Shown here: positions 1 to 9,418 of the stretch, in pieces | Layout of the letters: every line of letters begins with the position of its first letter | Position numbering within the stretch: position 1 is the stretch's first letter | Assembly: GCA_964474885.1 (NCBI GenBank) | Contig: CAYYWO010000003.1 | Coordinates: 86,226-150,225, forward strand | DNA: 64,000 bases | Reading direction: 5' to 3' | DNA from: Candidatus Hadarchaeota archaeon | GTDB lineage: Archaea; Hadarchaeota; Hadarchaeia; Hadarchaeales; JAWBSP01 | Made by a program: the position numbers and the translations under genes | The notes under the pieces: model-generated | The model's input: the letters and a program-made list of their open reading frames with translations, nothing else | Told to the model about the DNA's origin: nothing | The model's database searches: none

Positions 1-2
1 AT

Positions 3-1079
3 GCGGAGGATCTAGGCTTGGAGGAGTGGCTGGCTGGGAAGATCTGGCCAGTCGAGGAGAAGCTAAAACCCCATCATGTGAGGGCAGGGGCACTGTTGAG
101 CTGTCTCGAGATGATCAAATCGGGAATAACCTGTTTCTTCGACATGTACTTCTTTATGGAGGAAGTTGCGAGGGCAGTGGAAGCCTCAGGCCTCAGGGCG
201 GTCCTTTCTTATGGGATAATCGATCTGGGGGATCCGGATAGAAGGAAGCGGGAACTCGCCAAAGCTCGGGAACTTTTGGTCCTCCGGGGAAGTGCAGAGG
301 GAAGGATTGAGATCGCGTTGGGCCCTCACGCCCCTTATACGTGTTCCGAAGAATGCTTGCTCGAGGTTAGGAGGCTGGCTGAGAAGCACCAGACGCGGAT
401 ACACATGCATCTCTCGGAGTCCATGGGAGAGGTCCAGAGGTTTTTAGAGCAAAAGGGAAAGAGACCCGTCGAGTACCTGAGAGAGATAGGGTTCTTGGGG
501 CCGAATCTGACGGCGGCACACTGTGTGCACTTGGATCAAAGGGAAATCAAAATCTTGGCCCAAGAGGGGGTATCGGTGGTGCACAACCCAACAAGCAATC
601 TAAAGCTCGGGTGTGGCATAGCACCGGTGATCGAGATGATCGACCAGGGCATTAATTTATCTCTGGGAACGGATGGACCCGCGAGCAACAACACGCTGAA
701 TATCTTCCAGGAGATGAAACTCTGTGCCCTCTTGCAGAAAGGAAAGAGGCGAGATCCTACCCGACCTAGAACCACGGAGGTTTTGGGAATGGCGACCCAA
801 GGGGGCGCGAGGGCCTTGGGCCTGCAGGACGTGGGCAGGATCGAGCCCTCGGCCAAGGCGGATGTGGTGCTAATCGATTTGAAAGCACCAAATCTCAGAC
901 CCGTTCTAGACCTCCGTGCAGCCTTGGTTTACTCCGCTAGGCCGGAGAACGTGTCGCACGTTATAGTGGGGGGAAAGCTCCTCATGGAAAATAGGCAGAT
1001 CCTGAGCTTGGATGAAGAAGAAGTGCTTGAGAAGGCTGAGAAAGCCTCTCAGGAGCTCCTTTCAGATGACGAGGATTAA
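3..1079 (+). CDS. mtaD: Amidohydrolase, 5'-methylthioadenosine/S-adenosylhomocysteine (5'-deoxyadenosine) deaminase family; 5' end lies outside the window
   Basis: Motifs SGITCFFDMY, PHAPYTCS, HMHLSES, AAHCVHL, HNPTSNLKL, LGTDGPASNN; frame is open to the window edge; adjacent to ahcY. Confidence 0.8.
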   Translation, partial: AEDLGLEEWLAGKIWPVEEKLKPHHVRAGALLSCLEMIKSGITCFFDMYFFMEEVARAVEASGLRAVLSYGIIDLGDPDRRKRELAKARELLVLRGSAEGRIEIALGPHAPYTCSEECLLEVRRLAEKHQTRIHMHLSESMGEVQRFLEQKGKRPVEYLREIGFLGPNLTAAHCVHLDQREIKILAQEGVSVVHNPTSNLKLGCGIAPVIEMIDQGINLSLGTDGPASNNTLNIFQEMKLCALLQKGKRRDPTRPRTTEVLGMATQGGARALGLQDVGRIEPSAKADVVLIDLKAPNLRPVLDLRAALVYSARPENVSHVIVGGKLLMENRQILSLDEEEVLEKAEKASQELLSDDED

Positions 1080-2307
1080 GCATCCCGAGCTGGCTGCTTT
1101 GGGCCGGTCAAGGATAGAATGGGCTACCCAGCACATGCCCGTTTTGGCCAGGATAGCCAAGGAGTTGGAGGAGAGAAAGCCCTTGAAAGGCCTGCGTGTG
1201 GGGTTAGCGCTCCACGTAGAGGCAAAGACTGCAGTTCTCGTGAGAACTCTGAGCCGAGCTGGAGCAAAAATCACCATTGCGGGTTGCAACCCCTTGTCTA
1301 CTAAGGATGAGTGTGCTGCGGCCCTGGCGGAGGAGGGGCACGAGGTCTTCGCGTGGAGGGGTGAGACGGAAGAGGAGTATTGGGAGAACTTGCGTTCTGT
1401 CCTTGAAACGCGTCCCCAGCTTATCATCGATGATGGCGGGGACCTGACCTCCTTAGCCCACAGGATGGGTGTGAGTGGGATCTTTGGTGCTTGCGAGGAG
1501 ACTACCACGGGAGTGAACCGGGCAAAGCAAATGGAGAGGGAGGGCATCCTGAGGTTCCCCATAATAGCGGTTAACGACACGCCGTCAAAACGTCTGTTCG
1601 ACAACAGATTCGGAACGGCCGAGTCCACCCTCCAGGCAGTGTTAACGATAACAAATCTGCAGCTATCTGGGAAAAGGGTGGTGGTAGCGGGGTACGGGCA
1701 TGTTGGGAGGGGGATAGCCTCTAGGATGAAGGCAATGGGTGCAGTTGTTTACGTGGTTGAGGTGGATCCGATCAGAGCCCTGGAGGCAGCCATGGACGGT
1801 TTCATCGTCACGGACATGCAGGAAGCCTCTCGCGTGGGGGACATCTTCATTACGTGTACAGGGAGCGTCAACGTGATAAGGAAGGAGCACTTCTCCCAGA
1901 TGAAGGATGGGGTCTTGCTGGTGAATGCCGGGCATTTTGATGTCGAGATAGACCTCAGGTCCCTCAGAGACATGGCAAAGGAGCACAGGAAGGGCATCCA
2001 GGATGTTGAGGAGTTCGTGCTGCCGGATGGTAGGAGACTCTACGTCCTGTGTCAGGGGAGGCTGGTAAACCTAGCCGGGGAACACTCAATGGGGCACCCA
2101 TGTGAGATAATGGACATGAGTTTTTCGCTCCAAGCCCTCTCGCTCTGCTATCTAGTGGAGCACAGGGATGAAATGAAACCAAAGGTCTACCCAGTACCGG
2201 AGGAAATCGACAAGAAAGTAGCCACATTAAAACTCCTCTCCTTGGGAGCAAAGCTGGAGGCTCAAACAGAGGAGCAGATCAGGTACAGATCAAGTTGGTT
2301 GCTCTGA
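1066..2307 (+). CDS. ahcY: Adenosylhomocysteinase
   Basis: CNPLST, DDGGDL, EETTTG, KRLFDNRFGT, GYGHVGRG, GRLVNL, GHPCEIMDMSF; start placed at ATG 1066. Confidence 0.95.
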   Translation: MTRIKHPELAALGRSRIEWATQHMPVLARIAKELEERKPLKGLRVGLALHVEAKTAVLVRTLSRAGAKITIAGCNPLSTKDECAAALAEEGHEVFAWRGETEEEYWENLRSVLETRPQLIIDDGGDLTSLAHRMGVSGIFGACEETTTGVNRAKQMEREGILRFPIIAVNDTPSKRLFDNRFGTAESTLQAVLTITNLQLSGKRVVVAGYGHVGRGIASRMKAMGAVVYVVEVDPIRALEAAMDGFIVTDMQEASRVGDIFITCTGSVNVIRKEHFSQMKDGVLLVNAGHFDVEIDLRSLRDMAKEHRKGIQDVEEFVLPDGRRLYVLCQGRLVNLAGEHSMGHPCEIMDMSFSLQALSLCYLVEHRDEMKPKVYPVPEEIDKKVATLKLLSLGAKLEAQTEEQIRYRSSWLL

Positions 2308-3831
2308 GAATGCCCAGGCGAATTTCCTGAGAAGGCTGCGAGTGTAAATCCGCTCAACCTCCACCTCCACTTGTTTCGCCCACCTAGCGTAGATCTCAGG
2401 ATTTATGTAGCTCCTCAATGAGGTGGCCAAGTTGTAGCCCTTAGTCTTTTTTACAAGATCGAGCTTGAGTTTTTGCTCTCTCAACCTCTGTCTCAGCTTG
2501 CGCAACCTCTCCCGGTTTCTCTTGGTCATCCTCTTCTTTTTCAACTTCTCTATCCGCTCCTGAATCTGCTTTATCCTCTGTTGCATTCTCTCAACCCTCT
2601 CCTTCCACTTTTTCGGCGGTTTTTTCTTGTGGTTCAGAATTCTAGCTGCTCTGAGGTTCGCCATCTTAGCGACATAGACTTTTTTGTAGGGATGGTCCCT
2701 ACTGCTTAGCCTGGCTTCCCTCAAAGCTTTTTCAACCTCCTTGCTCGCATAATAGGTCCTGAAGACCTTTGCGGTGATGCCGGGCACTATTTTTCCAAGG
2801 AACTCATTAACCTGCTCGCACCTCACGTCCGGGAAAATCCTGGAACTTTTGCTCTTTTCCATACATTCCTTGAGATTCCTGACGACTTGGGGCGGCATTC
2901 TGACGATTCGCCGGAATCTAACGGCCCCCTTGCCCAAGAAGTCGAATTTGACCTTGTCCTCCCCTAGTATTTTCACGTTTGACTTCTTGAGAGTGGTTGC
3001 ACCAACTGTGTCGAGCTCGTCGGGATCTTTTTCATCCCCTACCCTTATCTTCAGGAGGTCGATGAGGTAAGCGACCGTGGCTATCTTCCTTACTTGGGGG
3101 TCGGGGGACTCTAAGCCTCTTAAGATGTGTTTCTGCATCTCAGGAAGCTTCTTCTCGAGTTCTTTAGCGAGTTCAAACTTCTTTTTCTCTCTTTCTTGCT
3201 TGATCTTGGCTGTATCCGCAATCCAAATGTACTTCATTTTTCCGGTTAATTTGTCCCTCCACTTCGCAATCCAAAGAGCATTCGGTTCCCATACCCTTCC
3301 TCCCCAAGAGCTTCCATCTGGGGTTGGGGGAGTGGGAGCGTCTGGGGATAGGTTCAGGATTATGTCAGAGTAGTGAACTCGGGGTTTCCACCTGCCCCTG
3401 AGAGGATGTTTTCCTCTTCCCACAAAAATGCAGGGGGGCTCAACTCTGTAATTGACTTCCACTTTCTGGCCATCGATTATAGCATACCCATATTTCTGCT
3501 TTCTTTCTTCGTTTTCCTTCTTCCGTCTTTCCGCCAATTCTTTTTTGTGCTCCTTGGTCAATGCTTGGTTTGTTTCAATCCACTTCCTGATCTCACTAAA
3601 ATCGAAGTCCTCCAGTTTTCCGCCGTCCAAGTTCAGTGCCTTGCAGAAGTCCCGTAGGAAGTTGCGGACGAAGACAGGATCTTCCAGACGTTCGGGAGAG
3701 CATTTGACGAAAGCCAAGGCCATCTCTTCTTGTTCCGGGTTCAACTTGATTTCCTTTCCTCGGAAACGAATCTTAAGACCTTTTGGTTCATACGGTGGAA
3801 TAAATACTCCGTTGTGAACGAGTTGGAGCAT
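2290..3831 (-). CDS. top1: DNA topoisomerase IB, eukaryote-like long form
   Basis: GRGKHPLRG, IRVGDEKD, FDFLGK, TAKVFRTY, ILNH, coiled-coil linker and TSLRSYINP give the complete R-K-R-H-Y catalytic pentad. Confidence 0.93.
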   Translation of the reverse strand: MLQLVHNGVFIPPYEPKGLKIRFRGKEIKLNPEQEEMALAFVKCSPERLEDPVFVRNFLRDFCKALNLDGGKLEDFDFSEIRKWIETNQALTKEHKKELAERRKKENEERKQKYGYAIIDGQKVEVNYRVEPPCIFVGRGKHPLRGRWKPRVHYSDIILNLSPDAPTPPTPDGSSWGGRVWEPNALWIAKWRDKLTGKMKYIWIADTAKIKQEREKKKFELAKELEKKLPEMQKHILRGLESPDPQVRKIATVAYLIDLLKIRVGDEKDPDELDTVGATTLKKSNVKILGEDKVKFDFLGKGAVRFRRIVRMPPQVVRNLKECMEKSKSSRIFPDVRCEQVNEFLGKIVPGITAKVFRTYYASKEVEKALREARLSSRDHPYKKVYVAKMANLRAARILNHKKKPPKKWKERVERMQQRIKQIQERIEKLKKKRMTKRNRERLRKLRQRLREQKLKLDLVKKTKGYNLATSLRSYINPEIYARWAKQVEVEVERIYTRSLLRKFAWAFSEQPT

Positions 3832-3849
3832 AACAAATGGACGGAAGAC

Positions 3850-4278
3850 TTATGTTACCCTTATGTAGCGCAGGATTTGATTGGCAGGCTTGTAGACGAT
3901 CGTTATTACGTCGCCGAAGGCAAGTGGCTTTGGAGCTTGGACATATAGAACATCTCCTGCACTCAAAGTGATCATGCCTTGAGGATTGTTATCCCCGTTG
4001 TACGACACAATAGTGGCATTTTGACCATTTACCCGTACAATAAGGTTGTTCCAGCTTTTACCGTTAATGGCATCCTTGATGTTATCCCCACCCATATGGT
4101 AGATTGTGAAATTTTCGTAGCCGCTTGATGCGTTCTCTAACATGAGGTTTACATTCACTGGAGTGGGAACAGTTCCAACAAGTCCCGTTGCGATCACGGC
4201 CACCATCGAAACCAACAAGACTGTAACGACAATCAGTAGAACTGTTGCTATTACTGGAGATACTCCGTTCTGTTGCAT
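3850..4278 (-). CDS. Archaeal type IV pilin (DUF1628-like)
   Basis: Class III signal peptide QNG|VSPVIATVLLIVVTV followed by a beta-rich domain with IYHMGGD. Confidence 0.88.
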   Translation of the reverse strand: MQQNGVSPVIATVLLIVVTVLLVSMVAVIATGLVGTVPTPVNVNLMLENASSGYENFTIYHMGGDNIKDAINGKSWNNLIVRVNGQNATIVSYNGDNNPQGMITLSAGDVLYVQAPKPLAFGDVITIVYKPANQILRYIRVT

Positions 4279-4319
4279 TATAATTATCTTCCCTATAAAT
4301 ATTAGTGGAGGGAGGGCAG

Positions 4320-5087
4320 GTGATCCCGACTGGGGTTAAGTCAGTCGACCTATTAGTTGGAGGGGGTGTAAGAGCTGGATCCCTTATCCTTTTATATGGA
4401 CCACCCAAGGCATTCAAGTCGGAATTTCTAGCAAATGTAGCAGTCATTTGGGCGGCAATGAAAGAAGGCAAACTCAAACCACCAAGAAACGTGAAGATCC
4501 CTAGGACAACTTGGTATCTTTGTTTATCAAAATCTCCTACTGAAATAACCAGCTCGGTCAAAAATATGTTCAGCAAGAAGTACTTTGAACTCTTCAAGAG
4601 GAATGTCAAGTTTTTAGACTTGAGCAAGGAGTACTCAGCCCTTGTAGGTTCATTCTGGGAAAAGCAGAAAACACCAGATGTGAGAAAATTCGTCCTCAGC
4701 ATCGTCAACAAACTCAAAAAGATCGGCCCGGAATCCCTACTGTTCATCTACACGCTGACTGACATAGCGAGACTCCTGCATGAGAGACCGGTAGAGTTCT
4801 TGTCCTTTATGGAGGGTCTTCGCACGGCCGCACACTCTTGGAAGGGAGTGGTTTATGGAATCCTGAGGAAAGGGGCCCTTCCAACAGCTATGGAGGAAGA
4901 TATTTTATCCATCTCCGACGGCACATTTTACTTTGATGTTGAGAAGGTTGGTACCAGCGAGAGATACACTTTGACGTTACTGGCCCTCAGTGGAGTCCCC
5001 ACCTCTGCCTTAGGTCAAGTTTTCGAAATTTCAGTCACTTCAGATGGATTTCACGCTGAGGCAGTCAAATCCATCCTCGGGGTCTAG
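4320..5087 (+). CDS. KaiC/RAD55/FlaH-like RecA-superfamily ATPase, divergent
   Basis: IPTGVKSVDLLVGGGV..LLYGPPKAFKS and C-terminal SISDGTFYF; GTG 4320 follows a GGAGG site (ORF track start 4305). Confidence 0.75.
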   Translation: MIPTGVKSVDLLVGGGVRAGSLILLYGPPKAFKSEFLANVAVIWAAMKEGKLKPPRNVKIPRTTWYLCLSKSPTEITSSVKNMFSKKYFELFKRNVKFLDLSKEYSALVGSFWEKQKTPDVRKFVLSIVNKLKKIGPESLLFIYTLTDIARLLHERPVEFLSFMEGLRTAAHSWKGVVYGILRKGALPTAMEEDILSISDGTFYFDVEKVGTSERYTLTLLALSGVPTSALGQVFEISVTSDGFHAEAVKSILGV

Positions 5088-5233
5088 TCTATTTTTTCGA
5101 TCTCCTTGGAGCAGCAAAAAGGGCAGAGTAGAATCTTGTTTCCACGGTCTAAAAACAGTGCTGGTTCGGAAAATTCGTACGAGCAATTTTTACATCGAAA
5201 TTTAGCTTTAGCTTTCTTCTGCTTCTCCTTCAT
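5084..5233 (-). CDS. Small Zn-ribbon protein, 49 aa, not in the ORF track
   Basis: Manual translation MKEKQKKAKAKFRCKNCSYEFSEPALFLDRGNKILLCPFCCSKEIEKID; GGAGGG upstream of the ATG; fills the intergenic gap. Confidence 0.75.
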   Translation of the reverse strand: MKEKQKKAKAKFRCKNCSYEFSEPALFLDRGNKILLCPFCCSKEIEKID

Positions 5234-5280
5234 CTTCCCTCCGTATCATTATCGGTATAAACGGATTATTGGATTGGAGG

Positions 5281-5985
5281 ATGATATACGCGATAATATC
5301 CGGGAAAGGGGGGGTGGGGAAAACAACCTTGGCCGCGAACCTAGGCCCACTAGCTGCGGAGCTTGGTAAAAAGACGCTTTTGGTTGATACAGATTTAGCC
5401 GCTGGAAATCTTGCTCTTTATCTGGGCTTAACCGAACCGAGTAAGACCCTCCACGACTTGTTGGCAGGGGAGAAAGATATACATTCCTGCATATATTCCC
5501 TCCGTGAAGGTCTCGATGTCCTGCCAGCTGGCCTTTCCCTAAAGGGATTTTTGAAAGCAGACATAGCCGGGCTCCCGCAACTCATGAAGAAAGTAACCAA
5601 AGGTTATGAAGTCGTAATTTTAGACACGCCCCCTGGTATAAGCAGGAATAGCATAGTCCCGTTGAAGTGCGCAGATCTAGCAGTTCTCGTCACCACGGCG
5701 GATCCACCCTCCCTAACCGTTAGCGTAAAGATGAAGGCCATAGCTTCCATTCTCGATAGGAGGATTGCTGGAACGGTCATAAACCGAGTAGAGAAAGGAT
5801 TTTTAAAGAAGAACAAGCCAGCGGTCATTGCCAAGCAGCTGGGAACGGAAATCGTGGGCACTATCCCCGAGGACGATAAAGTAAAACAGTCAATTGAGCT
5901 CGGGAAGCCCATTGTTCTCCACCGACCCAAATCGCAGGCTTCTAAAGCTCTTAGAGCGATCGCGTTAAGTCTTTTTGGCGGATAA
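5281..5985 (+). CDS. minD: MinD/ParA family ATPase
   Basis: Deviant Walker A SGKGGVGKTT, LVDTDL, ILDTPPG, IPEDDKV. Confidence 0.85.
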   Translation: MIYAIISGKGGVGKTTLAANLGPLAAELGKKTLLVDTDLAAGNLALYLGLTEPSKTLHDLLAGEKDIHSCIYSLREGLDVLPAGLSLKGFLKADIAGLPQLMKKVTKGYEVVILDTPPGISRNSIVPLKCADLAVLVTTADPPSLTVSVKMKAIASILDRRIAGTVINRVEKGFLKKNKPAVIAKQLGTEIVGTIPEDDKVKQSIELGKPIVLHRPKSQASKALRAIALSLFGG

Positions 5986-6008
5986 ATCAGTTCTACTTTA
6001 GGTAATAG

Positions 6009-7658
6009 ATGAAAAAATCTAAACTTAAGTCCAAACTCAAATCGGAGCAGCTCAGTTTGCTGAAGATTGAGGAAAGGGATGAAGAACTGGAGCAGCTCAG
6101 GAGTTATAGTGATAAAATAATGGGTGAGAGCATTCACCTCTCTCCCTCTCCAACCACCTACGATCCGATCAGATTCGGCCCCCTCGTCTCTTTCCGCTTG
6201 CCAGAAGGGTACACAGAAGTCGAGAGGTATTGGCTGGATCCTCCTTTCGCCTTCGTGGTGGTTCTTGAAGACAAGGGTACAGGCAAAACAACTTATCATA
6301 TAGTCGAACCAGAGCTAACACCATTCGAGCGCGCACTCTTGGACAAAATAAAGGATGAATTGTACGATAGATTGCCCTATGAGGGTTCTAGAGAACCGGA
6401 AAAAGTGTTTGAGAGAGCCTACGCGGAAGTTGCTAGAGCTCTAGGAGTGAAGGATTGGCGCATGTACCACAAGCTGTTGTACTTCCTGAAAAGAGAAACA
6501 CTCGGGTTCGGCAAGCTGGATCCAATTTTTAAAGACAGGAATGTCGAGGATATTTCATGTGATGCTCCTGGTGTGCCAGTTTTTCTTTACCACAGGAAGT
6601 ACTACAACATAGAAACTAATCTCATCTTCGATCGGGAGGAACTAGATACCTATGTGATGAGACTCGTTGAAAGGAGCGGAAAGCATGTTTCACTAGCCAG
6701 GCCAGTTGTGGATGCTACACTCCCAGGAGGTCATCGTCTTGAGGCAACCTTTGCAACTGAGGTGACGAGCAAGGGAAGTTCTATGTCCATTCGAAAATTC
6801 ATGGGCGGCACTTTTACTCCAGTTGACTTGATAAGATTCGGAACTTTCAGTCCATCTATGCTCGCCTACCTCTGGATAGCAGCGGAGAATAGAAAAAGCA
6901 TAATGGTTATTGGGGGCACAGCTGCGGGGAAGACCTCCACCCTGAACGCCCTCGCCTTCTTCATACCACCGGACGCCAAGATAGTGACGATAGAGGATAC
7001 ACGTGAGCTCTCCTTGTACCAACAGAATTGGATCCCTATGGTGACTAGGGAGGCTCCAGGGGAGGCGATGAAGATAGACATGTATGAGTTGCTCAGGCAG
7101 GCTCTCAGGCAGAGACCAGAGTGTTTGATTGTAGGAGAAGTGAGGGGAAGGGAAGCGATGACAATGTTTCAAGCTCTCTCAACTGGACATACCGCATACT
7201 GTACATTGCATGCCGGAAACGTTCAGGAGGCAATTTTGAGACTGGAGAGCGATCCGATGAACGTTCCACACACCATGATATCTGCGCTGGATATAATATG
7301 TGTTCAAACGATTGCCTATTTGGGAAAGAAAAGAGTCAGGAGAAATCAGCTTATCGCAGAAATCGTGGGGGTCACCCCACAAACTAAGGAGGTCAAACTT
7401 GTGGAGCTGTTCAGTTGGGATCCGTCAACTGACTCCTTTAAGGAATTGGCTGAACCCCCAAGTTGGAAGGAGATATGCAAGATGAGAAACATAGACAGGC
7501 TGGATCTCGAGAAGGAATATGAGAGGAGGGCGGAGTTTTTGGCAACAATGGCGGAGAAGGGCGTGACCGATTACGATGATGTATCGAGGCTGATAAACCT
7601 TTACTATTTCAATCCGGAGAAGGCATTTGCCGAGTTGAGGGCATTTAAGAAACGGTAA
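6009..7658 (+). CDS. Type IV pilus / type II secretion assembly ATPase (FlaI/TadA-like)
   Basis: GGTAAGKTS, TIEDTREL, ALRQRPE, VGEVRGREA, TGH..TLHA. Confidence 0.93.
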   Translation: MKKSKLKSKLKSEQLSLLKIEERDEELEQLRSYSDKIMGESIHLSPSPTTYDPIRFGPLVSFRLPEGYTEVERYWLDPPFAFVVVLEDKGTGKTTYHIVEPELTPFERALLDKIKDELYDRLPYEGSREPEKVFERAYAEVARALGVKDWRMYHKLLYFLKRETLGFGKLDPIFKDRNVEDISCDAPGVPVFLYHRKYYNIETNLIFDREELDTYVMRLVERSGKHVSLARPVVDATLPGGHRLEATFATEVTSKGSSMSIRKFMGGTFTPVDLIRFGTFSPSMLAYLWIAAENRKSIMVIGGTAAGKTSTLNALAFFIPPDAKIVTIEDTRELSLYQQNWIPMVTREAPGEAMKIDMYELLRQALRQRPECLIVGEVRGREAMTMFQALSTGHTAYCTLHAGNVQEAILRLESDPMNVPHTMISALDIICVQTIAYLGKKRVRRNQLIAEIVGVTPQTKEVKLVELFSWDPSTDSFKELAEPPSWKEICKMRNIDRLDLEKEYERRAEFLATMAEKGVTDYDDVSRLINLYYFNPEKAFAELRAFKKR

Positions 7659-9418
7659 TGAGGTTGATCAATCCGGAAAAATATTCTGACCTCCGCTTAA
7701 CACTCAGGAAACTGAGGAAACCTCTCTCCCTGAATGAGTATCTGAACCAGAGCTTATTGCTGGCTTTAGTTGTGGGAATAGTTGTGGCAGCTGCTCTCTT
7801 TTTGTTCTCCTTTCTATTACACTTGCCTTCTCTCTTCATGTATCTGCCTTTCTTCTTGGCTCCGCTGAGCTCTTACTTGGTTTGGAGGATCATGCTGTGG
7901 TATCCCTGGAGCGCCGTAAAGGGTAGGGAAGTTAAGATAGATCTCATGCTTCCCTCAGCTGTTTCTTTCATGTATGCTCTCAGCAAGGGGGGGTTAACGG
8001 TAGCCGAGATTTTCCGGATGTTGAGTCAAGAGAGGGAAGACTATGGGGAAGTAGCGGTTGAGGCGGCTAGTTTCGTCCGAGAACTGGATTATCTTGGATA
8101 TGATCCTGTTACCGCCCTAAGGAACCTAGCTTCCACGACTCCCTCTCAGAAATTCAGGAGGCTAATAGAATTCCTCATCCCGGTGGTCCAGACGGGGGCA
8201 AATCTAGCAGATTATTTTGCCCAGAAATGCAAAGAGCTATACGAGGCTGCCGAGGTCGATCAAAAAAGGTACTTGGACACCTTGGCATTCTATGCAGAAT
8301 TCTATGTCATCCTGATGCTCTTTGCCCCATTGGTTCTGATCGTGACCCTGATGGCAGTCATGGCTTTTTATGGAGCCTCTATGATGATACTCTATATCTT
8401 GGGATATCTGCTCATCCCGCTCGGTTCAATCTTCTTTATAGTTCTCCTTAGCATGAAAGGCTTCGGAGTTATAGGTAGTAGGAAAGTTGAGCGCAAGAAA
8501 TACTTCCGTAAAGTGCGCCCCCGCAATCAGATTGAGAAGAGCATGCTTAGGAGGCTGCTTCCAGCTGAGACAATGCCGGAAATCTTACTTCACCCAATGA
8601 GAGTTTTCAAAACACAACCGCACCAGGTTATGTTTTTCAGCGGAGGTGCAGCTTCTCTCTTTTTGTTTTCTTTCTTCCCCCATATCAACTTGACTACACT
8701 ATTCTATGCGTTTCTGATCCTCGTGGTACCTTTTATTATTTTCCATGAGATCTGGAGCAGGAAGTTGAGCCAACTGGTGGAATACCTGCCAGAGTTTCTT
8801 CATTCTTTTGCGAGTGCAGCCTCCGCTGGTGTCCCCCCAGCTCATGCCATAAAGCTGGTGCCCGCAAGGGAACTAGGCCCCCTGAGAGAGGATGTACAGA
8901 GGATGGTGAAATACATTAATTGGGGGGACTCCTCAGTTGAAGCAGTTCACAAAGTGGAGAGAGAGTGCGGAAACAATTATCTCTCAAGGACGATGGCAGT
9001 AGTGAGAAGGGCATGCTTAGCAAAAGGTGAAATCGCTGATGTCCTCCAGGTTCTCGCAACCGACGCCACTCAGCTGAGAGCTTTGAAGAGGGAAAGATGG
9101 GCAGCGATGTTTTCATATGCGCTCATAGTCTACATTTCTTTTGCGGTCTTTCTTTTCTGCATGGTCATGCTGACGCGTTTTCAATCTCTAGGCCAATTAG
9201 CTACAACTACTCCAACCACAACAAAACTCGGCATGACGGCCCCAGTTTACCAGGTCAAAACGACAACCCCATCTGTTGTGTGGCATGCAACAATGCTGCA
9301 GGCATTTTTTTCTGGCTTGATAGCGGGGCAGTTCTCAACTGGTAGATTGTTCTCGGGGTTGAAGCACTCAGTTATAATGATGACGGTAGCATTTGTTGTT
9401 TTGAACTTTTTTGCCTAG
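7658..9418 (+). CDS. Type IV pilus membrane platform protein (TadC/FlaJ, two T2SSF domains)
   Basis: Multiple TM helices, two T2SSF-like repeats, C-terminal GLKHSVIM; coupled to the ATPase. Confidence 0.88.
   Translation: MRLINPEKYSDLRLTLRKLRKPLSLNEYLNQSLLLALVVGIVVAAALFLFSFLLHLPSLFMYLPFFLAPLSSYLVWRIMLWYPWSAVKGREVKIDLMLPSAVSFMYALSKGGLTVAEIFRMLSQEREDYGEVAVEAASFVRELDYLGYDPVTALRNLASTTPSQKFRRLIEFLIPVVQTGANLADYFAQKCKELYEAAEVDQKRYLDTLAFYAEFYVILMLFAPLVLIVTLMAVMAFYGASMMILYILGYLLIPLGSIFFIVLLSMKGFGVIGSRKVERKKYFRKVRPRNQIEKSMLRRLLPAETMPEILLHPMRVFKTQPHQVMFFSGGAASLFLFSFFPHINLTTLFYAFLILVVPFIIFHEIWSRKLSQLVEYLPEFLHSFASAASAGVPPAHAIKLVPARELGPLREDVQRMVKYINWGDSSVEAVHKVERECGNNYLSRTMAVVRRACLAKGEIADVLQVLATDATQLRALKRERWAAMFSYALIVYISFAVFLFCMVMLTRFQSLGQLATTTPTTTKLGMTAPVYQVKTTTPSVVWHATMLQAFFSGLIAGQFSTGRLFSGLKHSVIMMTVAFVVLNFFA

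Noticed and set aside
5106-5369. 87-aa + strand ORF
   Set aside because: No motifs, overlaps minD out of frame, and lies antisense to the better-supported Zn-ribbon gene
5604-6299. Long antisense ORFs (also 4082-4747, 35848-36426, 36435-37061, 60735-61313)
   Set aside because: Shadows of well-supported genes on the opposite strand with no recognisable motifs
3850-9418. Interpretation as an archaellum operon
   Set aside because: The prepilin is short and pilin-like, and no FlaB/C/D/E/F/G genes are present
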